Below, piece by piece: positions 36,402 to 47,423 of a DNA stretch of 64,000 bases. Every line of letters starts with the position of its first letter. Positions within the stretch are counted from its first letter, which is position 1. The position numbers and the translations under genes were made by a program. The DNA comes from a virus, in IMG/VR virus record IMGVR_UViG_3300009506_000019, positions 32,001 to 96,000 of that record; one strand, written 5' to 3'. The notes under the pieces were generated by a model that was given only the letters and a program-made list of their open reading frames with translations, ran no database searches and was not told where the DNA came from.

Positions 36402-38393
36402 CTATGTAGCGGAGCTTAACCCAGCTCCCTCTAGTACGTTAATAATTGCGTTTATAGCCGCTCTGGCTTCCGAGTCTACCGTTGTACCTCCAGTAGGATC
36501 GGAAATCTTAGTCGGCTGCGATGATGGTGGAACAGCTCCCCATGCCGCAAAACCACTACCAATCTGAAGTTCTAAATCATAAGAACCACCAATGGTTCCC
36601 ATAGTAACTCTATTGTTGCTGGTGGTTGTGGCACCTCTACCAAAAGCCATACTAGTATTGTGTGAAGCGTGTGCCTGATAGCCAAGTGCCACGGAACCCT
36701 GTATATTATCATCTATCTGAGTCGCAGCACCGATTGCAATAGAATAGTCTGCATTACCGGTTGCGGTTGATCCAACATCGGCCCCATCGCCGAGAGCAAT
36801 GGCACTTACTGAATTGTTCCACACCTTGGCGTTTCCACCAATGGACACTGAGCTACCCTGGCCAAGGTTTTGTGCGTTTACACCGATCGCAACACCACCG
36901 GTCTCACTTACTGTTGCTGCGCTTCCGATGGCAACCGAAGAAATACCTGTCGCCTGAGCGTTGTTACCCATAGCCACAGAAAATTGAAGTGTGGCATCAG
37001 TACCTGAACCAATAGCGACCGCACCAACACCAGTAGCAGTAGCGGTATCACCGACCGCCACTGCTGAAGAGGCACCACTAGAAGCTGAATAACCAATAGA
37101 AACCGCGTGTGTTGGAGTTGTTCCTGACGTAGAGGCTAGGTTGCCGACAATCACACTACCAGAACCACCACCACCCGCAGTTGCACCAGCACCAATTGCA
37201 ATCGTACCTGTATTTGTGGTGTTGATGTCTGCGCCGTTGCCGATGGCGATTGCCACAGACCCACTTCCAGCTGAAGCAAGACCTATCGCAATACCATTAC
37301 CTGCAATGGCTCCATCGCCAAGACCAACACCCCCAGCAGTTGAAGTCGTGCCTGTTCCAATAGCAATCGAATCATCACCAGTACATTGAGCACCGGTACC
37401 AAGAGCGATTGCTCTCAAGGAACTATCATTTACTGTAGAATCTTGGCCAATTGCGATCGATAGACTTGATCCACCACCCGTTGTGGTTCCAACTTTGGCT
37501 GCATATCCAATCGCTATGGCTGACGTGTTGCCATTCCACACCCTAGCGGATCTACCAAGTGCTACAGCGTCCGTGGCGCTGGCGTCAATTTCGGCGCTAT
37601 AGCCCAAAGACACTGTGCCTGAAGCGTAAGCTTTAGAGTATGGACCAACCGCAACTGCTGTTCCAGCTGTCGCTGATGAAGAAATTCCAACAGCAACAGA
37701 GCTTCCACCATTTGCAACAGAAGCTTGATATCCAACAGCAACAGATCCAATGCTATTGGTGTTGCTTGCTAAATAACCGAGAGCAACTGAGCTTCCTGAC
37801 CCGGCTGATGCCTGTGTTCCAATGGCAACACAACTCGTGGCGCTAGCTGCAGCCGTCGCAAGATATCCCATCACGATAGCGTAGTTCGCACCAGCACCAA
37901 CCGTAGGTCCTCTACCAATGGCAATAGCATTGGTACCAGACACATTGGGCGCATAGCCCATTGCAATCGCGTATGATGTAGAATCTTGCACCAGGGCATT
38001 GTAACCAATGGCGATAGCGTAATCAGAATTTCCAGTTGCAGTAGTTCCTATTCTAGCTTGGTAACCGACTGCAATACCACCAACAGTGTTATCATATACT
38101 TGAGCCGTGTTGCCAATTGCAATGCTGTTCGCACACGCATCGTTTATAGTGGCAGAACCACCGATCGCAATGCCGTAATCGGAATTTGCAGCAGCTGTTG
38201 ATCCAACATGTGCACTGTGTCCAATTGCCACTGAGTTGGAGGAGCTATCCCAAACCTGAGCCTGATTTCCAAGAGCAACGCTGCTTTCACACCCGTCTTT
38301 TACTGACGCAGTGTCACCAATAACCACACTGTATGCTGATCCACCAGTGGCTGAGCCTCCCACGTTACGATCGAACGCGAGCAATTGTCCCAA
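36402..38393 (-). CDS. YadA-head (Hep_Hag-like) repeat adhesin/tail fibre, C-terminal part
   Basis: Dozens of ~14-aa xxA(I/V)Gxx repeats; weak TTG start; continues the upstream ORF out of frame. Confidence 0.8.
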   Translation of the reverse strand: MGQLLAFDRNVGGSATGGSAYSVVIGDTASVKDGCESSVALGNQAQVWDSSSNSVAIGHSAHVGSTAAANSDYGIAIGGSATINDACANSIAIGNTAQVYDNTVGGIAVGYQARIGTTATGNSDYAIAIGYNALVQDSTSYAIAMGYAPNVSGTNAIAIGRGPTVGAGANYAIVMGYLATAAASATSCVAIGTQASAGSGSSVALGYLASNTNSIGSVAVGYQASVANGGSSVAVGISSSATAGTAVAVGPYSKAYASGTVSLGYSAEIDASATDAVALGRSARVWNGNTSAIAIGYAAKVGTTTGGGSSLSIAIGQDSTVNDSSLRAIALGTGAQCTGDDSIAIGTGTTSTAGGVGLGDGAIAGNGIAIGLASAGSGSVAIAIGNGADINTTNTGTIAIGAGATAGGGGSGSVIVGNLASTSGTTPTHAVSIGYSASSGASSAVAVGDTATATGVGAVAIGSGTDATLQFSVAMGNNAQATGISSVAIGSAATVSETGGVAIGVNAQNLGQGSSVSIGGNAKVWNNSVSAIALGDGADVGSTATGNADYSIAIGAATQIDDNIQGSVALGYQAHASHNTSMAFGRGATTTSNNRVTMGTIGGSYDLELQIGSGFAAWGAVPPSSQPTKISDPTGGTTVDSEARAAINAIINVLEGAGLSSAT

Positions 38394-41300
38394 ACCTTGG
38401 TTTGAGCGCCTATGGCCACCACACCATGAGTAAGTGCTGTTGAGTTATACCCAATTGCAATACAATCGTCTTGGTTTACATGGGTACCGTCACCAATGGC
38501 CACACTGTATCCAATGGCCACACATCTTTCAGACTGGTCTGATATTGATGAATTATGACCAATAGCAATAGATTCAAGCGATGCTCCCGTAGCCGAATTT
38601 CCGATTTCAACCGACCGACCGATTGCGATCGCGTCTGTAGTGTTGTCCCAAATTGTTGCAAGAGTACCAATTGCAATTGAATTGTTTGCGGTAGACGGCA
38701 ATGTTGAGAAAGGAGCAATCGCAATGCCGTAACCAGCAGCACATGTTACCTGTTGGCCGATTGCAATCGAGCCTGCAGAACCTGACGCGGTTGTATTCCA
38801 GCCAACAGCTGTGCCACCACTACCAGTAGCAGATGACGATACACCAACAGCTGTGCCATACACTGCAGACGCTATTGAACTATCACCAACAGCAATGGCA
38901 CTGGCTTGGTTCACAGTAGCATTGCGTCCAATCGCCAATGTAGAATTGGCTGAAGCAGCTGCACCATAACCAATCGCCATCGCATAAGAAGATATGGCTT
39001 GGGCATTGGTGCCAATGGCCATCATATACGAGTGGCCAGACACCCCAGCGCCAGCTCCATAACCAATGGCCATAGAGCCACTGGAAAGTGTGACCGCCGC
39101 ATTTTGGCCAATAGCGATGCCGTTTCCGGCTGTCGAAGCTACCGAAGCAGAACTACCAATAGCGACCGCTCCGGTGCTAGCTGCAGTAGCGCCTGGGCCA
39201 GCTTTGAAGCTATTAGCACCAGTGCCAAGAGATGAAAGAGCTGTGCCACTTCCAACAGTTACGGAAGATCCATCATATGTGAATTCGGACGATCCACCAA
39301 ATGCACCAGCATTGTTATATTGAACTTGAGTATCGGCACCACCTGGAGAAGTAGAACCACCAGCCTCGTCTTGCCATGTTGCTGCTGATCCAGATGTAGC
39401 CTTCAATACCTGACCGGCTGTCGGGGCCGTAGCACTCGAAATGGCAACTACTGTGGTAGCAGTTCGAAGTCCACTGGCAGTACGGTCATCAGACAGGCGT
39501 GAATCACCAGTATCGATGAGTGTGGCATCTGATATCTTACTGTTCAAATTTGCAAGTGTGTCAACTGTATGAAAAGCTCCACCAAGAGCATGTGCTGTGA
39601 GACCAGCATCATCCTGCCATGTTGCAGCCGTGCCTGATGTGGCTTTCAACACCTGGCCAGCTGTTGGAGCTGTAGCACTTGAAATGGCCACAACTGTGGT
39701 AGCTGTGCGAAGCCCACTGGCGGTACGATCATTCGACAAACGCGAATCGCCCGTATCGATGAGTGTAGCGTCTGAGATTTTACTATTGAGATTTGCAAGC
39801 GTATCGGCTGAATGATAAGCGCCACCAAGAGTATGCGCTACCATACTTGAATCAAGATTTACCCAAGCTGAACCAGTATGGCCACGGAAATTTGAGCCAT
39901 CCCACTCGATTGCACCAGCTGTTGCGGTTGTTCCACCACCAACAATGATTCCCTTTCCAAGCTGAAGCTCGAGATCATAGGCACCAGCAATGGTACCAAT
40001 AGTACACCGACTTGCCGCAGTTGAAGCTGCGGTATAGCCAATGGCAACACTGTTTATGTGAGTAACAGACGCGGTGTCACCAACAGCAACCCCACCGGCT
40101 TGATTTACTAAAGCACCACCACCAACGGCAACCGTATAATTTGCTCCTGCCGACGCGGTATAACCAATTGCTATGGCATCAGATGATGCACAGGCAGCAC
40201 CATACCCAATAGCTGTAGTCCGCAATGCCGCTGCGTTGGCCGCTCCTCCAACCGCTGTACTGTTCTGAGCCAAAGCTGTTGTAGTGTAACCAATTGCTAC
40301 AGCATAGTTTTGTGCAGCATTGGCTTGATATCCAAGAGCAAGAGTTCCAGAAGCACCAGCTGTTGCAGACCCACCAACAGCGAACCCATATGCTGCTGTT
40401 GAAACAGCACCTGCTCCAATCGCAATAGCATTGCCATAAGAAGACGCGCCAGAACCAATGGATACGCTATTGACGCCAGTTCCAACAGCTCCCGGACCAA
40501 CCACAACAGCATGATCACACAATGCATTGACTTCGGCTTGATATCCAATGGCGATAGAATGTCCGGACGCTCCTATCGCAGAATTACCAACATCAGCTTG
40601 ATAACCGATGGCAATCGCATATGGGCAGTTATCCCAGATCTTTGTAGTGTAGCCCATTGCGATTGTGTCAGTGGCTGTCGCAACAACATTAGCAGAATAC
40701 CCAATGACTATCGAATTTGTTGCAAGACCAGAGCTAACATATCCAATTGCTATTGATGAATTGCCGGTAGCTTGGGCGTTTGGTCCAAGAGCAGTGCTGG
40801 CAAAGGCAGCGTCTGTAAACGGACCAACCGCAACTGCATTTGTGTTGTTCGACAATGCCGAACGACCTATCGCAATTGATGATGTGCCTGTGGTCTGAGC
40901 AGACAGCCCCATACTGATACTGTATTGTCCCGAGGCTGTGGTTAAACCACCAACCGCTACGGCTTGAGCGCCTGCGGTGGCGCTATTACCAACTGCTACA
41001 GAGTTCGTGTTGCTAACACTAGAAGATCGACCGACAGCGACAGACCCAGAAAAATTAGCAGTGGCTTGAGCACCAATAGCAACCGAACTACCTTGACCAG
41101 ATCCCGAGGGTACGAGAGCAGAGGCTTGGTATCCTACGGCCGTGCAATACTCACCACCCAAACCACCAGAACCGGCTTGTGCGCCGGAACCGATGGCAGT
41201 ATCATAGCTGGCATTAGTGATAGCATTGTATCCAATGGCTACCGTTTCTGGATCACCCGCACGGCTGCTATATCCGACCGCGACACCATGAATACCAGTC

Positions 41301-41629
41301 ACTCGTGCATCATACCCAACAGCAACGCTGTGTGATGATCCACAATAGGTGTTATGACCCAAGGCCGTGCCATTGGCAGCATCAACCCGAGCAAAATGAC
41401 CAACAGCTGTTGAGAGTGTACTTACTGCATGAACCCATGCACCATGCCCAACAACTGTACATTCAGAACCTTGACCAGTTGCTCCCTCTCCAATAGCTAC
41501 TGCATGAGAACCGCTCGCAACGGCTCCATTGCCAGCCTTAAAGCTCTCAGCACCGCTGCCAGGAGACAGAAGGGCACCCACAAAAGTTTGGATGCCTTGA
41601 TATACTGCGTCTCCGTATACTTTACCCAT
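38300..41629 (-). CDS. YadA-head repeat adhesin/tail fibre, N-terminal part (frameshifted at ~38366)
   Basis: AIG/AVG beta-roll repeats, GAIEWDGSNFRG, PGGADTQVQYNNAGAFGG fibre motifs. Confidence 0.85.
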   Translation of the reverse strand: MGKVYGDAVYQGIQTFVGALLSPGSGAESFKAGNGAVASGSHAVAIGEGATGQGSECTVVGHGAWVHAVSTLSTAVGHFARVDAANGTALGHNTYCGSSHSVAVGYDARVTGIHGVAVGYSSRAGDPETVAIGYNAITNASYDTAIGSGAQAGSGGLGGEYCTAVGYQASALVPSGSGQGSSVAIGAQATANFSGSVAVGRSSSVSNTNSVAVGNSATAGAQAVAVGGLTTASGQYSISMGLSAQTTGTSSIAIGRSALSNNTNAVAVGPFTDAAFASTALGPNAQATGNSSIAIGYVSSGLATNSIVIGYSANVVATATDTIAMGYTTKIWDNCPYAIAIGYQADVGNSAIGASGHSIAIGYQAEVNALCDHAVVVGPGAVGTGVNSVSIGSGASSYGNAIAIGAGAVSTAAYGFAVGGSATAGASGTLALGYQANAAQNYAVAIGYTTTALAQNSTAVGGAANAAALRTTAIGYGAACASSDAIAIGYTASAGANYTVAVGGGALVNQAGGVAVGDTASVTHINSVAIGYTAASTAASRCTIGTIAGAYDLELQLGKGIIVGGGTTATAGAIEWDGSNFRGHTGSAWVNLDSSMVAHTLGGAYHSADTLANLNSKISDATLIDTGDSRLSNDRTASGLRTATTVVAISSATAPTAGQVLKATSGTAATWQDDAGLTAHALGGAFHTVDTLANLNSKISDATLIDTGDSRLSDDRTASGLRTATTVVAISSATAPTAGQVLKATSGSAATWQDEAGGSTSPGGADTQVQYNNAGAFGGSSEFTYDGSSVTVGSGTALSSLGTGANSFKAGPGATAASTGAVAIGSSASVASTAGNGIAIGQNAAVTLSSGSMAIGYGAGAGVSGHSYMMAIGTNAQAISSYAMAIGYGAAASANSTLAIGRNATVNQASAIAVGDSSIASAVYGTAVGVSSSATGSGGTAVGWNTTASGSAGSIAIGQQVTCAAGYGIAIAPFSTLPSTANNSIAIGTLATIWDNTTDAIAIGRSVEIGNSATGASLESIAIGHNSSISDQSERCVAIGYSVAIGDGTHVNQDDCIAIGYNSTALTHGVVAIGAQTKVWDNCSRSIVTWEAQPLVDQHTVWLLVTLRQ
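39368..39838 (-). repeat. Tandem duplication, 243-nt (81 aa) period
   Basis: AH.LGGA.H..DTLANLNSKISDATLIDTGDSRLS.DRTASGLRTATTVVAISSATAPTAGQVLKATSG.AATWQD twice. Confidence 0.9.
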
Positions 41630-41631
41630 GA

Positions 41632-41880
41632 CTATATCCCAACCGGTTCTTTGATCTCATCAATTTCGATATCACCACCCTGAATGTCTTGATATAGTTT
41701 AGATGTGGTAAGCTCAGTAATCAATCGCTTTGCTGTGCCCCAATCTTCATAGTGATTAGGTAGACCTGGTTCCATGAGATCCACAACTTCTTGATCTTGC
41801 ATGGTATAGTCTATTTCTTCCACATGGTATGTAGAACCTGACACATTCTTGACACTGATTTTGCCTCGAGACAATATCAT
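41632..41880 (-). CDS. Hypothetical tail-region protein
   Basis: 82 aa; paralog of 35457..35759. Confidence 0.65.
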   Translation of the reverse strand: MILSRGKISVKNVSGSTYHVEEIDYTMQDQEVVDLMEPGLPNHYEDWGTAKRLITELTTSKLYQDIQGGDIEIDEIKEPVGI

Positions 41881-43397
41881 ACTCTCACCATGTGATTAGA
41901 ACGCACATCATCATGTACGTAACTACCAGCAGAAGCGAAGTCAGTCGCCCACGTCAACACATCTGTTCCATCAATCGTACCATCCCCATTCGTTCCAGTA
42001 ATGGTGGGTGTAGACGACAACGCAGAAAAGGTCACATATCCACCAACACCAAGACCAGCATGTATTCCCCACCCACCATTGCCAGAACCAACAACGGTGG
42101 TACGCAAGTCTATACGACCACCATAGTCTGGCGCAATACCATGGCGGGTACAATTGTTTACTTCTGCGTTCTGTATAACCGCCTTGGCTCTGCTGATCCA
42201 CACACCATCATAACAACTTTCCACTCTCAGGTAATTGACCCATGGGAAGCTGTCAGTAGCGTAGTATCCATTGTTGGTTGCGTTTTTAATCCACACTCCC
42301 TCAACACCACACACCTGGCAAGATGAGATATATAATGATGCAAAATCACCACCATCGAGGAACCAACCTTTCTCATACGATCCATTTGCTGCCATGGTCA
42401 TGGTAAGGAAGGCAATTCCATATACTGTTGGGTTTATTGCACCAATTTGACTCCATCCAGCCTTGGCCGAATCCTGGCCAACAAAACCATAGTAACAATT
42501 TCTTGCCACAACTCTCTTTAAACCAAGGGTGCTCTCTGATGCATAAATAACAGCACCATAGGTTGGACCATTAATGAGAAAGTCTTGCATGAGCATGTAA
42601 CCAGTACATGCGGTGTGCCATAAAGCAGAATAATTCGATGGATGTCCAGCATTGAATATGGTAGTAGGTTCTGTGATCTCGAAAACAGATGTGCCATTTG
42701 GGATGGGATTGAAGATTCCAGCTGTTCGAATGGTATCTGTATCATTGTCAGCAATAATAAGCTGCTGACCTGCACCCTGCCCAGCTGTGATACTTACGAA
42801 CCTTCCTTCTAAATTACCGGCAGTCCATCCAGCAGCCGTTAATGAAAGGCTTCTGTTGGTTCCGCTGGTTGCTGTTCCTGATGATGGTCCCGTGGTTGGA
42901 GTGTAGATTCCTTGTGTGCCATAAATAAAAAGATTTCCAGACAGATTTCTACCACGAACATCGATACCAGTATAGTTACCAGCAGCCACATTAATAGTTG
43001 TGCTATGCACCATATTGAGCGGAATTGCATTGATAGCAGCCTGTATCGTAGCAAATGGTTCTGCTGAATAGTCACCGCTCAATAAAACAGCTGGTCGTGT
43101 TTCTGTTGGAGTATCACTACCAGTGCTTGCATTCACAGCAAGAGTTAGTGCGCCTTCTGTCTGGTATGAATTTCCTCCACCACCAGCTCCAGCAGTGTTA
43201 TCCTCCCAAGCACTCTCGGTTTTGCGCCACCACTTCTCGGCCGTTTCTTCACGAAACCACGTGCCCAATGGAGCGCCCTGAATCTCAGGTGGTGCTCCAC
43301 CATCATTCGGATCTCCATCATAGCCAGTAATGGCGTTGTTGAGGAATGCAGATCGACGAGGAAGCTCGAGGACTACGAAATCTTCAAAGGCACCCAT
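41877..43397 (-). CDS. Beta-helix (pectin lyase-like) tailspike/receptor-binding protein
   Basis: PFATIQAAINAIP...INVAAGNY cap, beta-helix periodicity, C-terminal ITGTNGD. Confidence 0.75.
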   Translation of the reverse strand: MGAFEDFVVLELPRRSAFLNNAITGYDGDPNDGGAPPEIQGAPLGTWFREETAEKWWRKTESAWEDNTAGAGGGGNSYQTEGALTLAVNASTGSDTPTETRPAVLLSGDYSAEPFATIQAAINAIPLNMVHSTTINVAAGNYTGIDVRGRNLSGNLFIYGTQGIYTPTTGPSSGTATSGTNRSLSLTAAGWTAGNLEGRFVSITAGQGAGQQLIIADNDTDTIRTAGIFNPIPNGTSVFEITEPTTIFNAGHPSNYSALWHTACTGYMLMQDFLINGPTYGAVIYASESTLGLKRVVARNCYYGFVGQDSAKAGWSQIGAINPTVYGIAFLTMTMAANGSYEKGWFLDGGDFASLYISSCQVCGVEGVWIKNATNNGYYATDSFPWVNYLRVESCYDGVWISRAKAVIQNAEVNNCTRHGIAPDYGGRIDLRTTVVGSGNGGWGIHAGLGVGGYVTFSALSSTPTITGTNGDGTIDGTDVLTWATDFASAGSYVHDDVRSNHMVRV

Positions 43398-45025
43398 CAG
43401 ACCACCTCCTCAACATTGGTGATCGTGGCAGTGCCACTTGAGTTTGCGTTTACACTTGGTGTGTGCAACCAAATAATGTTGGTTGGCTTAAGGCCGGTAT
43501 TATTGATAGTGTACCAACCTTCTTTCCCAGCATCGCTTGTCGGAGGTGTGCCAATCGGCTGTCTTACAGCTGGAGCGTTGCCCGCCGATGGGAAAACCCC
43601 AGCCTGCAGTTTGGAGAATGTGACCACTTCCACATCCATTGCTGCATTGGGTGAGAAAGCTGGGAAGGTGAGCGTACGTTGCACAAACCCACCCAGCACA
43701 TAACTACCACCAGATGTGATTGTAGTTGTTACAATACCAGCAAGGTTTGTGACCGACAGATTTTGCCAGTTATACGTGCCCTTTGTGTCATCATCATGAA
43801 CTTGTAAAGTTCGAGTCCAGTTGACCGGGCCTCCACCCCAACTGCCGATAAACGTTCCACCACCAGTGTCCTCATCCATGGCGGCAGAAAGCAGCTGTTG
43901 GTTGGACTGAATTGTGATGATGTGGCTCTGAATACTGGTACCATCATTTCCACCAGACCGCAGACGTGCGGCCGGAACGGCAACATTGATGACCGCAGCC
44001 ACATTTGCAATATTCACCACACCCTGTTGAATGGTGGTTGAATCGTTGGCTGCTCTGTTAGCCGTAATTCTAAAATTGAAGGTGGTTACGTTGTATGTGC
44101 CACCAACTCGAGAAACACTCTTTGAAGCCTCATACGTAGACGGGTTCGTGATATTCAACTCTGTAGTTGTTGGGTCATCGTATGCCACAGTATCGAAATC
44201 GGTAACTGTGTTAGCTACCGTAGCTGACTCTGCGCCCTTGAGTGCACTTTGCGTTGCAGGATAGGAAATCGTCCCAATGGACACACTTGGATAGAGGTTG
44301 TTGCATTTTACCACGTTGACACCTTCCACACTTCCTGTGGTGTCGGTATCATACGGGTCACTTATGGCTCCAGTAACAGCATCACGCACAGTCACGCGAG
44401 CTGGGCGCAAAACAGCTGTGGTTCCTCTGTCCGCAATTGGGATTGGTACGACCGCATTTGTTGTTGGAGAAACATCAATGATTCCGGACTTACCAGCCTC
44501 GTAGTCAGCAACATAGATTCGATCAAAGTTCTTATCAGCTGTGATGTCGATCTGGTATGTGTCATTCTCTTTGACTTCTGTTTGCGATCCAGGATAGCCA
44601 CCAGTAAAGACAGCTGCTGTGATTTCTGGTGGTAACAACACCGCCGACACGGAAGTATCGATTGAGCTGTATGTGTCGTCCGGAGAAATCAGCTGGGCGA
44701 CAACATTTCCACCACCCGGTGGCAAGGTTATATTCACAAATCCTTGATAAATATCGCCAACCTTCGGCAACGTTCCTGCAATCGAGTTTACTTCAACCTT
44801 GGGAAAGCTGGCTTCTACATATACCTTGATATCTAAGGTAGATGAGGTAAATGACTGAAGAATGGTGTCACCACCCGGATCTTGATAAACCTTGTTTGTG
44901 ATGGTGCCAGATACCTGCACGTCTACATCGTAGATACGAATCCAGCCACCAGCCAAGATGGCCTTACTCATCACATCTTCAAATCTTTGCTTGGTGAATG
45001 GCATTACTATGTTTTCTCCACCCAA
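43397..45025 (-). CDS. Beta-rich virion structural protein (Ig-like repeats likely)
   Basis: T/S/V/G-rich 542 aa in tail block. Confidence 0.65.
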   Translation of the reverse strand: MGGENIVMPFTKQRFEDVMSKAILAGGWIRIYDVDVQVSGTITNKVYQDPGGDTILQSFTSSTLDIKVYVEASFPKVEVNSIAGTLPKVGDIYQGFVNITLPPGGGNVVAQLISPDDTYSSIDTSVSAVLLPPEITAAVFTGGYPGSQTEVKENDTYQIDITADKNFDRIYVADYEAGKSGIIDVSPTTNAVVPIPIADRGTTAVLRPARVTVRDAVTGAISDPYDTDTTGSVEGVNVVKCNNLYPSVSIGTISYPATQSALKGAESATVANTVTDFDTVAYDDPTTTELNITNPSTYEASKSVSRVGGTYNVTTFNFRITANRAANDSTTIQQGVVNIANVAAVINVAVPAARLRSGGNDGTSIQSHIITIQSNQQLLSAAMDEDTGGGTFIGSWGGGPVNWTRTLQVHDDDTKGTYNWQNLSVTNLAGIVTTTITSGGSYVLGGFVQRTLTFPAFSPNAAMDVEVVTFSKLQAGVFPSAGNAPAVRQPIGTPPTSDAGKEGWYTINNTGLKPTNIIWLHTPSVNANSSGTATITNVEEVV

Positions 45026-46707
45026 TTATACGACGAATCGCTGTATGGGCCACTTGATACGATGTCTGTGTATGATAAGATTCCTCCATCTGCCATTCTA
45101 ACATCACCGTTCGTACCAGTCACGTCCGTAGCAGCATCTAACTGAACTAGGGCGTATGGCCCAATAATCTCAATACCAACATCAGCGTTGCCGCCACCAT
45201 CTTTGAATCCGTTGCCTGTGGTAACAAACTTTCCTTGCGTCCTTATACGTACGCATGGTCCACCACAATTTTCAAAATACCACAATTGGGACTCGGCTCT
45301 TCCTAGATTTGACCCGTCAAATATGTCAATTCCTACGCTAGGAGCGTTCCTGATGGTGTCTATTGCTCCTCCCATAGCATAGAAATTTTGAAAGAACCCA
45401 TTTCGTTCAAGAAGTACAGATGGCTCGCTTCCGCTACCAACGGTGTCCAGTATCAAATTCCTGAACAACAACCCACCATTTTGATATGCAAGAATGCCAG
45501 CTGTGTGATTGCAAATGAAACAATAATATCCATACAACTGAGAGCCCATGTCGGTAGACCAAAGTGCTCTGTCAGCACATTTGTGTGCCGGATCAGCATA
45601 AATACCAACATCATACAATGAATAGACGTTGTTTGTCCCAGATTGGAATGCCCTGCCACGAACAGTAGATCCAAATTGGACACGCTCATATTCATGATCA
45701 ATGATCACACTACGAGCATTAAACCTGGTACCAGTTACCCCAGACACAACAAATGAGTACGATCCAACACCTTCTAGCTGTACATTGTTTATCTCTAAAT
45801 CAGAGCCCCAAACATCACCCTGAACTTTCAGACCAATGATGTAGTAGTCTTTTCGTGTTGTAGGTGTAGCCGCCAACGCGTTTCTTATACTGACGTTTGG
45901 TCTTCCAACAAAAACTGTGTCTGTGGCTACTATTGGATTTGGACTGATAGGTCGCATGAGATGCAATGTATTATCATCATGCGCGTTGATAATACCATAC
46001 ACACCATTGCTAAGAATGGCCATCCGACCACGAAGATCTTGTCCAGCAAATGGGGTGCCGCCCACCTGTACCCATGGGTCGTTCGATGCTTCTTGAAATG
46101 AGGTGATGGTCTGTGGTGACACAAGCTGTGTCCACTCGGACAGCGGCCTACCATTTATTCGAACAACACCACCAACACCAATACTAAATCCTTCCACCGG
46201 CAAAGAATAAAAATCTGATACAATCGGATCAGCAAAATGTACACCAGAAGCCAGATTGAAATCTACCTCATGCTCTACAGACTGAGGTAGTGTTCTGAGT
46301 GCTGAGTAAATATGCTTGAAATTTGATGCTCCCTGACTAGTCAGATAATCGTTGATTTGAGCTTGTGTTGCAAATATTGTTCCAGGAGGAGCATCAACAG
46401 CGCCAACATCATTGCAATCAACAGAGTATGTTAGATTCTCTCTTGTGGTGAGGATGACACCTTCAGCAGGAACACTACCTGTAGCTTCCGCCCAATCCCC
46501 GTTGGTGATTCCACCTTTAAGCTCATATATCTTGCCCTCGGACAAGACATTGACCTGCATTCCCTCTTTTCTTCGTAAAGAAGGAATCGCATCTCGAGCA
46601 GTTATGTCAGCAACGGTCCTCCAACCACCGAGGAACTCGGTGTCCTCGGCCATTGGAAAATCGCCGTCATTCTTCGGCTTTATTATGTCAATCAGTTGAA
46701 TCGGCAT
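45007..46707 (-). CDS. Beta-helix receptor-binding protein paralog
   Basis: N-terminal GGWRTVADITARDAIP.LRRKEGM.V.V module; FKHI, PWVQVGGTPFAGQDL, GGGNADVG, DVTGTNGDV. Confidence 0.75.
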   Translation of the reverse strand: MPIQLIDIIKPKNDGDFPMAEDTEFLGGWRTVADITARDAIPSLRRKEGMQVNVLSEGKIYELKGGITNGDWAEATGSVPAEGVILTTRENLTYSVDCNDVGAVDAPPGTIFATQAQINDYLTSQGASNFKHIYSALRTLPQSVEHEVDFNLASGVHFADPIVSDFYSLPVEGFSIGVGGVVRINGRPLSEWTQLVSPQTITSFQEASNDPWVQVGGTPFAGQDLRGRMAILSNGVYGIINAHDDNTLHLMRPISPNPIVATDTVFVGRPNVSIRNALAATPTTRKDYYIIGLKVQGDVWGSDLEINNVQLEGVGSYSFVVSGVTGTRFNARSVIIDHEYERVQFGSTVRGRAFQSGTNNVYSLYDVGIYADPAHKCADRALWSTDMGSQLYGYYCFICNHTAGILAYQNGGLLFRNLILDTVGSGSEPSVLLERNGFFQNFYAMGGAIDTIRNAPSVGIDIFDGSNLGRAESQLWYFENCGGPCVRIRTQGKFVTTGNGFKDGGGNADVGIEIIGPYALVQLDAATDVTGTNGDVRMADGGILSYTDIVSSGPYSDSSYNWVEKT

Positions 46708-47423
46708 CAGGTCACCGTCACAGTGGTGCTACCGAGGCTGTGATTGTCGCTACGGTAGAGATAATAGTTCTGGGTGACCCCGAACGAATTCGTTACGGAG
46801 ATCGTTCCAACAAGACTAAACCCACCTTCAAACCCTCCTACGAAAAACGTCCCTGTTCCATACGCTGACGGATAGGCATAAAAAATGTATTCACCAGCAC
46901 CAGCGTTTACAGTGAACGTAACTTGGCGATTATTATCTAGTTGTTGGTTAGCAAGTGCCTCGATGAAAGCTTCATCGTATGGGCCGGTGCTCGAATTTAC
47001 TCCATACATGGTACGTGGACGCCAATACATCGTGGTGTTCTGTGAATCCACTTCTCCATCTTCTTCGGCATTCAACGTAAACACAACAGTCTCATTATTG
47101 TTAAATTTTTGAAAATCGGCGTCTGAATTGAAGGCAGTTGGAGAATATATCACATCTTTAGGAGGATTTCCATCATTGTCGCTTAATGCTGCAACGGTAG
47201 GTGTTCTATTGTACGCGGCTGTAAAATCTGGCTCGCTGACGAACTCACCAACTTCTTTTATATTACCACCAACAATGGAAAAGGACGTGATATCAAAAGC
47301 TGGAACAATCCAGGACTCCTTTATGGCACGATATGCTGGTTGATCTGCAATCTCAACTAATGCATATCCATCATTACCGGTAGTCTCACCAGCTTTGATT
47401 AATTTTTTGATAGATGATGCCAT
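46707..47423 (-). CDS. Virion structural protein
   Basis: YIFYAYPSAYG...FFVGGFEGGF...YYLYRS motif. Confidence 0.7.
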   Translation of the reverse strand: MASSIKKLIKAGETTGNDGYALVEIADQPAYRAIKESWIVPAFDITSFSIVGGNIKEVGEFVSEPDFTAAYNRTPTVAALSDNDGNPPKDVIYSPTAFNSDADFQKFNNNETVVFTLNAEEDGEVDSQNTTMYWRPRTMYGVNSSTGPYDEAFIEALANQQLDNNRQVTFTVNAGAGEYIFYAYPSAYGTGTFFVGGFEGGFSLVGTISVTNSFGVTQNYYLYRSDNHSLGSTTVTVT

